Shown one piece after another: positions 1-11,779 of a stretch of 34,990 nucleotides of DNA. The position numbers and the translations under genes were made by a program. Each line of letters opens with the position of its first letter. Within the stretch, counting starts at the first letter, position 1. The DNA comes from Actinomycetota bacterium (lineage in GTDB: Bacteria > Actinomycetota > Actinomycetes > Nanopelagicales > Nanopelagicaceae), in the NCBI GenBank assembly GCA_039799185.1, contig JBDLTD010000002.1:1-34990 (forward strand), written 5' to 3'. Below the pieces are notes generated by a model that was not told the origin of the DNA, made no database searches, and saw only the letters and a program-made list of their open reading frames with translations.

Positions 1-219
1 TTCTCTCGCCGTGCATACAACATTGAACGCTTATCAGTTGGACCAACTACTGACCCATCCATCTCACAGATGGACATTGTGGTTAATTTGGAAGGCCATG
101 CGCTCGAGCAAGTTATTGCTCAGCTCGATAAGTTGATCAATGTCATTTCTATCAAGGAAATACTTCCAAATAAGGCAGCACCAGCAGTACACGACACTCA
201 ACCCGATTACCAGAACTAA
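1..219 (+). CDS. ilvN: Acetolactate synthase small (regulatory) subunit, 3' part; ACT-domain-only short form
   Basis: Frame 1 reads FSRRAYNIERLSVGPTTDPSISQMDIVVNLEGHALEQVIAQLDKLINVISIKEI...QN*, matching the IlvN ACT signature (FSRRxxNI...EQxxxQLxKLxNV). Directly upstream of ilvC; start lies outside the window. Confidence 0.9.
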   Translation, partial: FSRRAYNIERLSVGPTTDPSISQMDIVVNLEGHALEQVIAQLDKLINVISIKEILPNKAAPAVHDTQPDYQN

Positions 220-2294
<2,075 letters not shown>

Positions 2295-2297
2295 GCC

Positions 2298-3377
2298 ATG
2301 AAAATTACACTCAACCCCAATGCAAAAGATGCTGCTACACGTGATGCACTTGTTGCTGAAGGCGGATTCGGTAAGTACTACACCGATCACATGGTTGTGT
2401 GTGAGTGGACTGAAAAAGATGGCTGGGCAGAACCAGAGTTAAAGCCTTATGGTCCACTCTCATTAGATCCAGCTACGGCGGTATTTCACTACGGTCAAGA
2501 GATCTTTGAAGGTATGAAGGCATATCGCCAACCTGATGGTTCGATCTCACTCTTTCGTCCAGATGCAAATTCCAAGCGCTTTGCTAACTCGGCTAAGCGT
2601 TTAGCTTTACCTGAAATGCCTGAGGCGTTGTTTTTGGAGACAGTTGAAACTTTAGTTAAGCAAGATGCAGGTTGGGTTCCAAATAAAATTGGAGAATCTC
2701 TCTATATCCGCCCATTTATGATCGCTACCGAAGTTGGTTTAGGCGTTCGTCCAACTAATAAGGCCACATACATTCTTATTGCAACACCTGCCGGCGCCTA
2801 TTTTGATCCATCAAAAGCAGTATCTGTGTGGATTTCAACTGAATATGTGCGCGCGGTACAAGGTGGAACAGGTGAAGCCAAGTGCGGCGGAAACTATGCA
2901 GCATCACTTGTTGCACAAAAAGCTGCTGCTAAAGAAGGTTGCGATCAAGTTGTGTGGATTGATGCCAAAGAGCGCAAGTGGGTTGAAGAGATGGGCGGCA
3001 TGAACCTTTATTTCGTTAAGGGAAAAGGCGCAGATGCAACTGTCATCACTCCAAAGTTAACCGGCACATTACTTCCAGGGATCACACGCGACTCAATCCT
3101 TTCTGTTGCTAAAGATCTTGGTTACAAAACTGAAGAAGTAATGCTGAGTATCGATGATTGGCGCGATGGCGTTTCATCAGGTGAAATCACTGAAATCTTT
3201 GCCTGCGGTACTGCAGCAGTTGTTTCACCGGTTGGGACTGCTAAATCAAACATGGGTACGTGGGTAACAGGCGATGGTCAGCCTGGCGTGATAACAATGC
3301 AAATTCGTAATCACTTACTTGCAATTCAACATGGAACAACTCCTGATACACACGCTTGGGTACGTAAGGTCTGCTAA
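2298..3377 (+). CDS. ilvE: Branched-chain amino acid aminotransferase
   Basis: FHYGQEIFEGMKAY, AKCGGNYAASL (PLP lysine), EEMGGMN, LPGITRDS and ACGTAAV motifs. Confidence 0.97.
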   Translation: MKITLNPNAKDAATRDALVAEGGFGKYYTDHMVVCEWTEKDGWAEPELKPYGPLSLDPATAVFHYGQEIFEGMKAYRQPDGSISLFRPDANSKRFANSAKRLALPEMPEALFLETVETLVKQDAGWVPNKIGESLYIRPFMIATEVGLGVRPTNKATYILIATPAGAYFDPSKAVSVWISTEYVRAVQGGTGEAKCGGNYAASLVAQKAAAKEGCDQVVWIDAKERKWVEEMGGMNLYFVKGKGADATVITPKLTGTLLPGITRDSILSVAKDLGYKTEEVMLSIDDWRDGVSSGEITEIFACGTAAVVSPVGTAKSNMGTWVTGDGQPGVITMQIRNHLLAIQHGTTPDTHAWVRKVC

Positions 3378-4898
3378 TGCCAGTCTCTGATGCATTTCAT
3401 ATCTATGACACCACCTTGCGCGATGGTGCGCAGCAAGAGGGTTTAAATCTCTCTGTTCATGACAAGTTAGCAATTGCACGCCACTTAGATGATCTCGGTG
3501 TTGGATTTATTGAAGGCGGATGGCCAGGAGCAAACCCTAAGGACACTGAGTTTTTTGCACGTGCTAAAAAAGAGTTAGTTCTAAAGAACGCTACCTTTGT
3601 TGCCTTTGGTGCCACACGTCGTCCAAATGTAAAAGCTGCCGATGATGTATTACTTGGCGCACTTCGTGATTCAGGTGCTCCAGCAGTTACTTTGGTAGCA
3701 AAGGCCTTTGATCGCCATGTTGATTTGGCACTCAAAACTTCTCTTGATGAAAACCTAGAGATGATTCGTGACTCTGTGAGCCACTTAATTGCCGAAGGAC
3801 AACGCGTATTTCTTGATGCTGAGCACTTCTTTGATGGATATCGCAGCAATCGTGCTTATGCATTAGAAGTTGTTCGAGTTGCAGCTGAAGCAGGGGCAGA
3901 TGTCATTGCCTTGTGCGATACAAATGGTGGAATGTTGCCGGATGAGCTTTCCCAAGTTGTCCACGATGTTTTAACTGCTAGCTCTGCCCGTCTTGGCATT
4001 CACTGTCACAACGACACTGGATGCGCAGTTGCCAACTCAATGGCAGCAGTTGCCGCTGGTGCAACTCATGTTCAAGGAACGCTTAATGGATATGGTGAGC
4101 GCACAGGAAACGCCGACCTTGTAACAATCATTGCAAACCTAGAGTTAAAAAAGCATCAATTGGTTTTGCCTAAGGATTCACTGCGCGAAGCTTTCAGAAT
4201 TTCACATGCTGTGGCTGAAGTTACAAATGTCTCTTCAAGTGCGCGCCAGCCATATGTTGGTGTCTCAGCATTTGCCCATAAAGCAGGACTCCACGCCAGT
4301 GCAATCAAGGTGGATCCATCTCTCTACATCTATTGAATTAAAGTCACAAGAACTTGGCGTTGATTTGGGTGGAGATAAAGAACTAATCGGTCGAATCGTT
4401 GATCGCGTTAAAGAGATGGAATCTCGTGGATTTACCTTTGAAGCAGCAGATGCCTCTTTTGAGCTCCTTGTTCATGAAGAGATGAGTGGAAAACGACCAT
4501 CATTTTTCACAATAGATCATTGGTTAACAACAGTTGAGCGCTCTGAAGATCAAAGCATTCTCACAAAGGCTGAAGTTAAAGTAACTGCAATGGGTAAGCA
4601 GATTTCTTGTTCTGGTACAGGAAATGGTCCAGTGAATGCATTTGATAATGCCTTGCGTACGGGATTAAAAGCACTTTATCCAGAGTTGGAAGTTCTAGAG
4701 CTCACTGATTACAAGGTGCGCATCCTTGAAGGTCGTCTGGGCACAGGCGCTGTTACTCGCGTATTAGTTGAAACAAGTGATGGCAAGGGCGAATGGAATA
4801 CTGTGGGAGTTCATGAAAACGTTATTGCCGCCTCTGCCATGGCACTCGAGGACGCAGTTACCTTCGGCCTTATGCGTCAGGGACGCAAACCCGAGTAA
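3377..4898 (+). pseudogene. cimA: Citramalate synthase (LeuA/CimA family), frameshifted at ~4327 by an apparent deletion of ~20+ codons
   Basis: DTTLRDGAQQEG, IEGGWPGANPKD, HCHND and HKAGLHASAIKVDP in the frame ending 4336. The +1 frame resumes SIELKSQELG...GNGPVNA...DYKVRIL...WNTVGVHENVIAAS to 4898. Confidence 0.88.
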
Positions 4899-4901
4899 AG
4901 T
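4896..4901 (+). promoter_or_regulatory. Candidate -10 (TAAAGT) for a leaderless xerC transcript
   Basis: TANNNT 6 nt before GTG 4908, no SD; overlaps the cimA stop codon. Confidence 0.5.
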
Positions 4902-4907
4902 TAGCGC

Positions 4908-5822
4908 GTGAGCGAAAATTTTGAAAAGTTACTGACTACTTTTCAACGCCATTTAGAAGTTGAACGTAACCTTTCAGTTCACACTGTTCGCGCATACATG
5001 GGGGACTTAACCTCATTATTAGAACACTTAGAAAACTCAGGGCTCGCCGATATTTCACAGCTGCAATTAGTTCACCTGCGCTCTTGGCTAGCTAATCAAC
5101 AAGTCAAAGGTGCCTCTCGCACAACAATTTCACGCAGAGCAGTCTCAGTGCGTTTGTTTACTAAGTGGGCGCTAAAGAACAAATACATTGCAAGTGATGT
5201 GGGTGCCTCACTTGCAACACCGAAGGGCCATCGCACTTTGCCTGAAGTTTTAGGCATTGAGGATGCCAAAACTGCTATGGATTCAATGGCAACTAGGGCA
5301 GCAGAGGAAGAAACCCCCATGACGTTGCGCGATGTTGCAATGGTGGAACTGTTGTATGCAACAGGTGCTCGTGTGGCAGAACTGTGTGGATTAGATCTAG
5401 GCGATATTGATTACAACCGACAGACCATTCAAGTGCTGGGTAAGGGAAATAAAGAACGAGTTATTCCACTTGGTAACCCAGCGATGCGAGCTCTAAAGAA
5501 ATGGCTAGATGATGGACGCCAGCTACTTCTTAATGAGAAATCTGAAAAGGCTGTTTTTCTTGGAGCACGTGGAAAGAGAATTGATCAGCGCGCTGTGCGC
5601 ACAGTTGTCTATGAAGCACTCTCTGCAATAGAAGGAATAGAGCGCATGGGACCACATGCCTTGCGGCACTCTGCAGCAACACATCTGTTGGAAGGCGGCG
5701 CGGATTTGCGCACTGTGCAAGAGATTTTGGGACACGCTTCACTTGCAACAACTCAGATTTACACACATGTTTCCACTGAGCGTTTACAAAAAGCTTTTAA
5801 ACAGGCGCATCCACGCGCATGA
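4908..5822 (+). CDS. xerC: Tyrosine recombinase XerC
   Basis: ELLYATGARVAEL, GKGNKER, HALRHSAATHLLEGGADLR..QEILGH..L.TTQIYTHV and C-terminal HPRA; usual actinobacterial position upstream of rpsB. Confidence 0.92.
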   Translation: MSENFEKLLTTFQRHLEVERNLSVHTVRAYMGDLTSLLEHLENSGLADISQLQLVHLRSWLANQQVKGASRTTISRRAVSVRLFTKWALKNKYIASDVGASLATPKGHRTLPEVLGIEDAKTAMDSMATRAAEEETPMTLRDVAMVELLYATGARVAELCGLDLGDIDYNRQTIQVLGKGNKERVIPLGNPAMRALKKWLDDGRQLLLNEKSEKAVFLGARGKRIDQRAVRTVVYEALSAIEGIERMGPHALRHSAATHLLEGGADLRTVQEILGHASLATTQIYTHVSTERLQKAFKQAHPRA

Positions 5823-6511
5823 GTAAATCAATCGTAGTTATTCCAACATATAACGAAGTTGAAAGTATTGGCTCTCTTCTGGATGAATTAGCAACACTTG
5901 ATCTTGAGGTCTTGGTCATTGACGATGGCTCACCAGATGGCACCGCTCAAATCTGCAAAGCCCATGGAGTTGAAGTAATTGAGCGAAGCGCAAAGCTTGG
6001 TTTGGGTAGCGCCTATCGCGCTGGTTTTCAGATTGCACTCGATCGTGGCTATGAAAACATCATTGAAATGGATGCAGATGGATCACACCAAGTAAGTGAT
6101 TTAGTGGCCATGATGCAGTGGATTGGTTCAGCTGATCTGTTGATTGGTTCGCGCTGGGTGGCCGATGGAGAGATTAAAAACTGGAGTAAGTTCCGTGAAC
6201 TTCTTTCAAAAGCTGCAAATAGATATGCAAATACTCTTCTATCCCTTGGGGTAGCTGACACAACTGCAGGTTTTAGAATTTATTCTGCTTCACTGTTAAA
6301 GAAGATGGATATTCACACTATTGCTAGTGAGGGATATTGCTTTCAAATTGAAATGACTCGACGGGCTCTTTCCAGAGGCGGATCTATCGCTGAAGTTCCT
6401 ATTACTTTTATCGAGCGCGAACATGGGGTCAGCAAGATGAGCTTTGCAATTGCCCTGGAGGCCGTGGTTCGCATCACTGCCTGGGGGCTTTTACGCATAG
6501 TCCGGCGGTAA
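5819..6511 (+). CDS. GT2 glycosyltransferase, polyprenol-phosphate mannose synthase (Ppm1/DPM1-like)
   Basis: VVIPTYNE, DDGSPDGT, GLGSAY, EMDADGSH, GSRWV, GYCFQIE and EVPITFIER..G.SKM motifs; ATGA overlap with xerC. Confidence 0.88.
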   Translation: MSKSIVVIPTYNEVESIGSLLDELATLDLEVLVIDDGSPDGTAQICKAHGVEVIERSAKLGLGSAYRAGFQIALDRGYENIIEMDADGSHQVSDLVAMMQWIGSADLLIGSRWVADGEIKNWSKFRELLSKAANRYANTLLSLGVADTTAGFRIYSASLLKKMDIHTIASEGYCFQIEMTRRALSRGGSIAEVPITFIEREHGVSKMSFAIALEAVVRITAWGLLRIVRR

Positions 6512-6531
6512 TTGCACGCTCACGGCTCAGG

Positions 6532-6732
6532 TAAGATTTGCCTCGCACCAGTTGAAGTAATTCATCCGGTGACATCTCAGCACTGCCTGACCAACTGGTC
6601 GGTGAATCATCTCGGTCCGTTAAATCGGTAGATGACTTTCAGTGCGACGGGCCTAACAAATTGTTTGGCCAAAACCGAGCGGGTTTTTTATTGTGCTGCG
6701 CACGTAATAAACCTAAGAAGGAGTATGCCGTC
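6532..6732 (+). promoter_or_regulatory. rpsB promoter (-10 TAAGAT 6532-6537) and ~190-nt structured 5' leader; candidate S2 autoregulatory RNA
   Basis: Stems: ACCAGTTG 6547-54/CAACTGGT 6592-99; TCATCT/AGATGA; TCGCAC/GTGCGA; GGCC-t-AACA/TGTT-t-GGCC 6650-70; AAAACC/GGTTTT 6671-87. Confidence 0.55.
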
Positions 6733-7554
6733 ATGGCAGTAGTAACAATGCGAGAACTTCTCGACAGCGGGGTCCACTTCGGACACCAGACTCGTCGATG
6801 GAACCCAAAGATGAAGCGTTTTATTTTCACAGAGCGCAATGGCATCTACATCATCGATATCCAGCAATCACTAGCGCTAATCGACAATGCATATGAGTTC
6901 GTTAAGGACACAGTTGCAAAGGGCGGTCACGTTTTGTTCGTTGGAACAAAGAAGCAAGCACAGGAACCAATCCTCGAGCAAGCAGCACGCGTTGGTATGC
7001 CAACAGTGACTGAGCGCTGGTTAGGTGGAATGCTTACAAACTTCCCAACTGTCTACAAGCGTATTCAGCGTCTGAAGGAGCTAGAAGCTCTAGAAGAGAA
7101 GAACGATCTACTTTTAACTAAGAAGGAACTTCTTGTTCTTCGCCGCGAACGCGAAAAACTATTTAAGAACCTCAACGGTATTCGTAACATGACTAAGTTG
7201 CCTTCAGCGATTTGGGTTGTTGATACTAAGAAGGAGCACCTTGCTGTGCAGGAAGCCAAAAAGCTTGGTATTCCAGTTATCGCAATCTTGGACACTAACT
7301 GTGATCCAGATGAAGTTGATTACAAGATTCCTGGTAACGACGATGCAATCCGTTCAATCGGACTACTAACTCGCGTTATCACTGATGCAATCGTTGCTGG
7401 TCTTGCTGCACGTTCAGCGCAGGCTAAGAGCGAAGTAAAGGATGAGGCCCCTGCAGTTGCAGCTGGTGAACCTTTAGCTGACTGGGAAAAAGAAGTTGCC
7501 GGCACAATTGAGGCAGCAGCACCAGAAGCAATAACTGTCACAGAAGGAGCTTAA
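6733..7554 (+). CDS. rpsB: 30S ribosomal protein S2
   Basis: [27 protein letters not shown] and [19 protein letters not shown]. Start placed at ATG 6733 after SD AAGGAG, not at the TTG in the ORF track. Confidence 0.98.
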   Translation: MAVVTMRELLDSGVHFGHQTRRWNPKMKRFIFTERNGIYIIDIQQSLALIDNAYEFVKDTVAKGGHVLFVGTKKQAQEPILEQAARVGMPTVTERWLGGMLTNFPTVYKRIQRLKELEALEEKNDLLLTKKELLVLRREREKLFKNLNGIRNMTKLPSAIWVVDTKKEHLAVQEAKKLGIPVIAILDTNCDPDEVDYKIPGNDDAIRSIGLLTRVITDAIVAGLAARSAQAKSEVKDEAPAVAAGEPLADWEKEVAGTIEAAAPEAITVTEGA

Positions 7555-7558
7555 TTAA

Positions 7559-8389
7559 ATGGCTGCATATACAGCGCAAGACGTTAAGAATCTCCGTGAA
7601 GCAACAGCTGCTGGAATGCTTGATTGCAAGAAGGCTTTGGATGAAGCAGAAGGCGATTACAACAAGGCGATCGACATCATTCGCGTTAAGGGACTCAAGG
7701 GAGTTACTAAGCGTGAAGGTCGTTTAACTTCAAATGGTGCAGTAGTTGCAAAGGTTGAAGGAAATCTTGGTGTGATGCTTGAACTTAACTGCGAAACAGA
7801 TTTCGTGGCTAAGGGTGAGCGTTTCGTTGCACTTGCTGATGAGCTTCTTGCTCACCTACAAAATGCTCAATCAGATTCACTAGAGGCATTCCTTACAACA
7901 TCAATGTCTAGCGGTAAGACCGTTCAGGCAACTGTTGATGAGGCAAATGCAACTCTTGGTGAAAAGATTGAAGTTCGCCGAATTGCAGTGCTCAAGGATT
8001 CTCCAGTTGGAATCTACTTGCACCGCACTAGCCCAGATTTGCCACCACAGGTTGGCGTTCTAGTTCAATTAACTAAGGATGCAGCTGAAGTTGGTAAAGA
8101 CATTGCACAGCACATCGCAGCGTTTGCACCACAGTTTGTAAATCGTGAAGATGTTCCTGCTGATCTAATTGAAAACGAACGTCGTATCGCTGAAGAAACT
8201 GCACGCGAAGAAGGTAAGCCAGAAGCTTCCCTCGTCAAGATCATTGAAGGTCGCGTAACAGGCTTCGTCAAGGAAGTTTCTTTGATTGAGCAATCTTTTG
8301 CAAAGGATGCGAAGAAGACTGTGAAGCAGATCCTCGATGAGGCGGGAACAGCCGTTAAGGCGTTCAATCGCTTCCGCGTGGGTCAATAA
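7559..8389 (+). CDS. tsf: Elongation factor Ts
   Basis: VKNLREATAAGMLDCKKAL and ELNCETDFVAK; follows rpsB. Confidence 0.98.
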   Translation: MAAYTAQDVKNLREATAAGMLDCKKALDEAEGDYNKAIDIIRVKGLKGVTKREGRLTSNGAVVAKVEGNLGVMLELNCETDFVAKGERFVALADELLAHLQNAQSDSLEAFLTTSMSSGKTVQATVDEANATLGEKIEVRRIAVLKDSPVGIYLHRTSPDLPPQVGVLVQLTKDAAEVGKDIAQHIAAFAPQFVNREDVPADLIENERRIAEETAREEGKPEASLVKIIEGRVTGFVKEVSLIEQSFAKDAKKTVKQILDEAGTAVKAFNRFRVGQ

Positions 8390-8448
8390 GTTCAAAGGCG
8401 ACATCGCTTAGAATTTAGATATTCCAACTAGAAGTTAAAGGAGCACTC

Positions 8449-9130
8449 ATGCCCGGTACAAGAGGAACGTATCGGCGGGTGCTCCTTAAACTTTCTGGTG
8501 AAGTTTTTGGTGGAGCTAAAGGCATCGGTGTTGATCCTGATGTTGTGTGTTCAAGTAGCCATTGTTGTTGGCGGCGGTAACTATTTCCGCGGTGCAGAAC
8601 TTTCTCAGCGCGGCATGGATCGCTCACGCGCTGACTACATGGGAATGCTCGGAACAGTAATGAACTGTTTGGCGCTTCAAGATTTTCTGGAAAAAGAAGG
8701 CGTGCAAACCCGTGTGCAGACCGCAATCACTATGGGCCAAGTTGCAGAGCCATACATTCCACTTCGCGCAATTCGCCATCTTGAAAAGGGTCGCGTAGTA
8801 ATTTTCGGCGCAGGTGCAGGAATGCCATTCTTCACAACAGATACCGTTTCAGCCCAGCGCGCACTTGAAATCGGAGCCGAAGCTCTGCTTCTTGCTAAGA
8901 GTGGTGTTGATGGTGTTTATAGCGCAGATCCTAAGAAGGATAAGAGTGCAACTAAGTACGATTCAATTTCTTATAACGAAGTATTGAGTAAATCTCTAGC
9001 TGTAGCAGATGCTGCCGCTTTTGCCCTTTGTCGTGAAAATCAACTTCCGATAGTCATCTTTGACTTGATGAAGAATGGCAATATCGCTCGCGCGGTGCGT
9101 GGTGAAACTATAGGAACGCTAGTTTCTTAG
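8449..9130 (+). pseudogene. pyrH: UMP kinase, frameshifted at ~8547 by an apparent ~13-codon deletion (probably an assembly error; the gene is normally essential)
   Basis: ATG 8449 (SD AAGGAG) reads [22 protein letters not shown]...VDPDVV then stops at 8580. The +1 frame gives [15 protein letters not shown]...[12 protein letters not shown]...PFFTTDT to 9130. Confidence 0.9.
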
Positions 9131-9201
9131 TTCAAGATTTTATAGAGCCAGGTCGGTATTGCCGATAGAATCAAAGAGTAAAGAACCCCAAGGGAGATGT
9201 C

Positions 9202-9765
9202 ATGGCAGATGTAGCAAGCGCCCTCAAGGACGCTGACACAAAGATGAGCAAAGCAGTCGAAGTTGCAAAGGATGATTTTGCTTCTATTCGAACTGGCCGT
9301 GCACACCCGTCCATGTTTAATAAAATCATGGTTGATTACTACGGCACTTACACAGCGCTCTCACAACTAGCTTCTATCCAAGTACCTGAAGCCCGCATGG
9401 CCACAATTGCTCCATTTGATAAGGGCTCAATGGCAAGTATTGAAAAAGCTATCCGTGAATCAGATTTAGGTGTTAACCCAGGCAATGATGGTGTGGTCAT
9501 TCGCATCAACTTCCCTCAATTAACTGAAGAGCGCCGTAAAGAATTTATTAAGGTTGCAAAGGGTAAGGCTGAAGATTCAAAGATTTCTATGCGAAACATA
9601 CGTCGTGCTGCAAAAGAGGCGATGGAGAAGATGGAAAAAGATGGAGACATTGGAAAAGATGATCTAGCTCGTGGTGAGAAAGAGTTAGAGAAAGTTACAT
9701 CTGATCACGTTGCAAAAATTGATGAACTCTTAAAGCATAAGGAGGCCGAACTCCTAGAAGTCTAA
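9202..9765 (+). CDS. frr: Ribosome recycling factor
   Basis: IRTGRAHP, SDLGVNP.NDG..IRI.FPQLTEERR and KEAELLEV; candidate -10 TAGAAT at 9166-9171. Confidence 0.98.
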   Translation: MADVASALKDADTKMSKAVEVAKDDFASIRTGRAHPSMFNKIMVDYYGTYTALSQLASIQVPEARMATIAPFDKGSMASIEKAIRESDLGVNPGNDGVVIRINFPQLTEERRKEFIKVAKGKAEDSKISMRNIRRAAKEAMEKMEKDGDIGKDDLARGEKELEKVTSDHVAKIDELLKHKEAELLEV

Positions 9766-9779
9766 GGAGTTTGTCACTG

Positions 9780-10625
9780 ATGTCTGATTTTCAATCGATA
9801 AACGAGGCTATTAATAAGAAGGCCGGGCGAAAGCTGGGGCCTTCAATTGTTGTCTCGCTATCTCTTATTGCGCTAATTTGGTTCGCTCTGGCATATCGCC
9901 GTGAAGTCTTTGCAGTTGTAGTTGCAGTGGCAGTTCTTTTAGGTATTCGCGAAATTGTTCGAGCCTTTAATGTGCGCGGAATTTATATCTCAGTTGTTTC
10001 ACTTGCTGCAGGAGCCGTGGCTCTTACCTATGCAACCTGGAACGGTGGGGCAGCTGGATTAGCTATTGCTACGGCTATTGCTATTCCACTGTTACTTATT
10101 CAACTTTTAACTAAAGGCCCAGAGGGCTTTGTGCAAAGCGCAACGGCAACTACGTTTTCACTTCTCTATCTACCATTTTTAGGTGGCTTCCTTATTCTTC
10201 TTGCTAAGCCAAGTACAGGCTTAGAGCGTGTGATGACTTTTGTTGTATTAGTTGGCTGCAACGACACATTTGGATACATCGTGGGAGTTCTATTTGGAAA
10301 GCATCCACTCGTTCCAGTTATTAGCCCAAAGAAGAGCTGGGAAGGCTTGATCGGATCACTAGTTTTCACAGTAATTGGCGGCTCTCTTGCCTTTAAATAC
10401 ATCATGGAAATGCATTGGTGGATCGGCGCAATTGTTGGATTAATGATTGTTTTCACTGCCACATGCGGTGATTTGATTGAAAGTGCGATGAAGCGTGACC
10501 TTCACCTTAAAGATATGGGAACCCTGCTTCCAGGCCATGGCGGAATCTTGGATCGCCTTGATTCAGTATTGATTTCAGCTCCTGCACTATGGCTTGCCCT
10601 AGAGCTTGTGAAGCGCTGGTTATGA
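9780..10625 (+). CDS. cdsA: Phosphatidate cytidylyltransferase
   Basis: Hydrophobic protein with ISPKKSWEG and [10 protein letters not shown]...[18 protein letters not shown]. Start ATG 9780 (alternative TTG 9771). Confidence 0.96.
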   Translation: MSDFQSINEAINKKAGRKLGPSIVVSLSLIALIWFALAYRREVFAVVVAVAVLLGIREIVRAFNVRGIYISVVSLAAGAVALTYATWNGGAAGLAIATAIAIPLLLIQLLTKGPEGFVQSATATTFSLLYLPFLGGFLILLAKPSTGLERVMTFVVLVGCNDTFGYIVGVLFGKHPLVPVISPKKSWEGLIGSLVFTVIGGSLAFKYIMEMHWWIGAIVGLMIVFTATCGDLIESAMKRDLHLKDMGTLLPGHGGILDRLDSVLISAPALWLALELVKRWL

Positions 10626-11749
10626 GCGTTCCTGAAATCAAATTGGTTTTTGATGAGCCAGTTCAGCGCAAGAAAACCCCTAAGCATTTAGCTGACTATT
10701 CACCTGAAGAGCGACGTGAACTTGCAAAATCTTTAGGGCTGCCAGCTTTTCGTGCCAACCAAGTAGCGACCCACTACTTCACACATCTATCTAATGATCC
10801 AGAGAATTGGACAGATATCCCAGCAGAGATGCGTCAAACAATCTCAGAACAATTCACACCTAAACTCATTGAACTTGTGCGCTCAGTTGAGTGCGATGGG
10901 GGAATGACCCGCAAGGATCTATGGAAGCTCCATGATGGAGTTTTAGTTGAGTCAGTTTTAATGCGCTATACCGATCGGGTAACAGTGTGTATTTCTTCTC
11001 AAGCAGGTTGTGGAATGAACTGTCCATTCTGTGCAACTGGCCAAGCTGGACTTACTCGAAATTTGAGTGCTGGTGAAATTACAGAACAGATTGTTGCAGC
11101 AGCACGAGCATGTGCCAATGGTGAACTGCCTGGGGGAGAAGCCCGTCTTTCAAATATCGTCTTTATGGGCATGGGTGAACCTTTAGCTAACTACAACGCA
11201 GTTATACGAACATTGAGAAATATCACTGACCCAAACCCAGATGGACTTGGAATTAGTGCACGCTCTGTGGTTGTTTCAACTGTTGGACTGGTAAATGGAA
11301 TTGAAAAACTGACTGAAGAGGGCCTCGCAGTTACTTTGGCCGTTTCACTTCACACACCAGATGATGAGCTTCGTGACACGTTGGTTCCTATCAACTCCAG
11401 ATGGAAAATTAAGGAAGTTCTGGCCGCAGCTGATGCCTACGAGAAGAAGACTGGGCGTCGTTATTCAATTGAATATGCCTTAATTCGAGATATCAATGAT
11501 CAATCGTGGAGATCAGATTTACTTGGCCGGTTACTGAAAAACCGTAATGCTCACGTTAATTTAATTCCCCTCAATCCCACTCCAGGTTCCAAGTGGACTG
11601 CTTCTCGTCGCGAAGATGAAGCTGAGTTTGTCCGCATCTTGGAAAGCTATGGGGTTCCAGTCACAGTGCGAGATACCAGAGGCCGTGAAATTGATGGGGC
11701 CTGTGGTCAGTTAGCGGCTGCAGAAAAAGGTAAAAGCCCTACTGGTTAG
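10622..11749 (+). CDS. rlmN: 23S rRNA m2A2503 / tRNA A37 radical SAM methyltransferase
   Basis: [27 protein letters not shown] and IDGACGQL; ATGA overlap with the cdsA stop. Confidence 0.96.
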   Translation: MSVPEIKLVFDEPVQRKKTPKHLADYSPEERRELAKSLGLPAFRANQVATHYFTHLSNDPENWTDIPAEMRQTISEQFTPKLIELVRSVECDGGMTRKDLWKLHDGVLVESVLMRYTDRVTVCISSQAGCGMNCPFCATGQAGLTRNLSAGEITEQIVAAARACANGELPGGEARLSNIVFMGMGEPLANYNAVIRTLRNITDPNPDGLGISARSVVVSTVGLVNGIEKLTEEGLAVTLAVSLHTPDDELRDTLVPINSRWKIKEVLAAADAYEKKTGRRYSIEYALIRDINDQSWRSDLLGRLLKNRNAHVNLIPLNPTPGSKWTASRREDEAEFVRILESYGVPVTVRDTRGREIDGACGQLAAAEKGKSPTG

Positions 11750-11756
11750 CCAAGGG

Positions 11757-11779
11757 TGGAATTGGTAGGCTCAATTCCA
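11757..11779 (+). promoter_or_regulatory. Perfect inverted repeat TGGAATTG-N7-CAATTCCA enclosing an extended -10 (TGgTAGGCT); leaderless promoter with candidate operator
   Basis: Arms 11757-64 and 11772-79; TAGGCT at 11766-71 lies 7 nt before ATG 11779. Confidence 0.6.

Noticed and set aside
4908-5822. Tyrosine recombinase as a phage or island integrase
   Set aside because: It has XerC-type motifs and a housekeeping position; no att repeats, tRNA or cargo genes.
6661-6732. N-terminal extensions in the ORF track (rpsB 6661, rlmN 10589, infB 27444, leuB 1235)
   Set aside because: Conserved N-termini and SD or overlap positions favour starts at 6733, 10622, 27468 and 1262.
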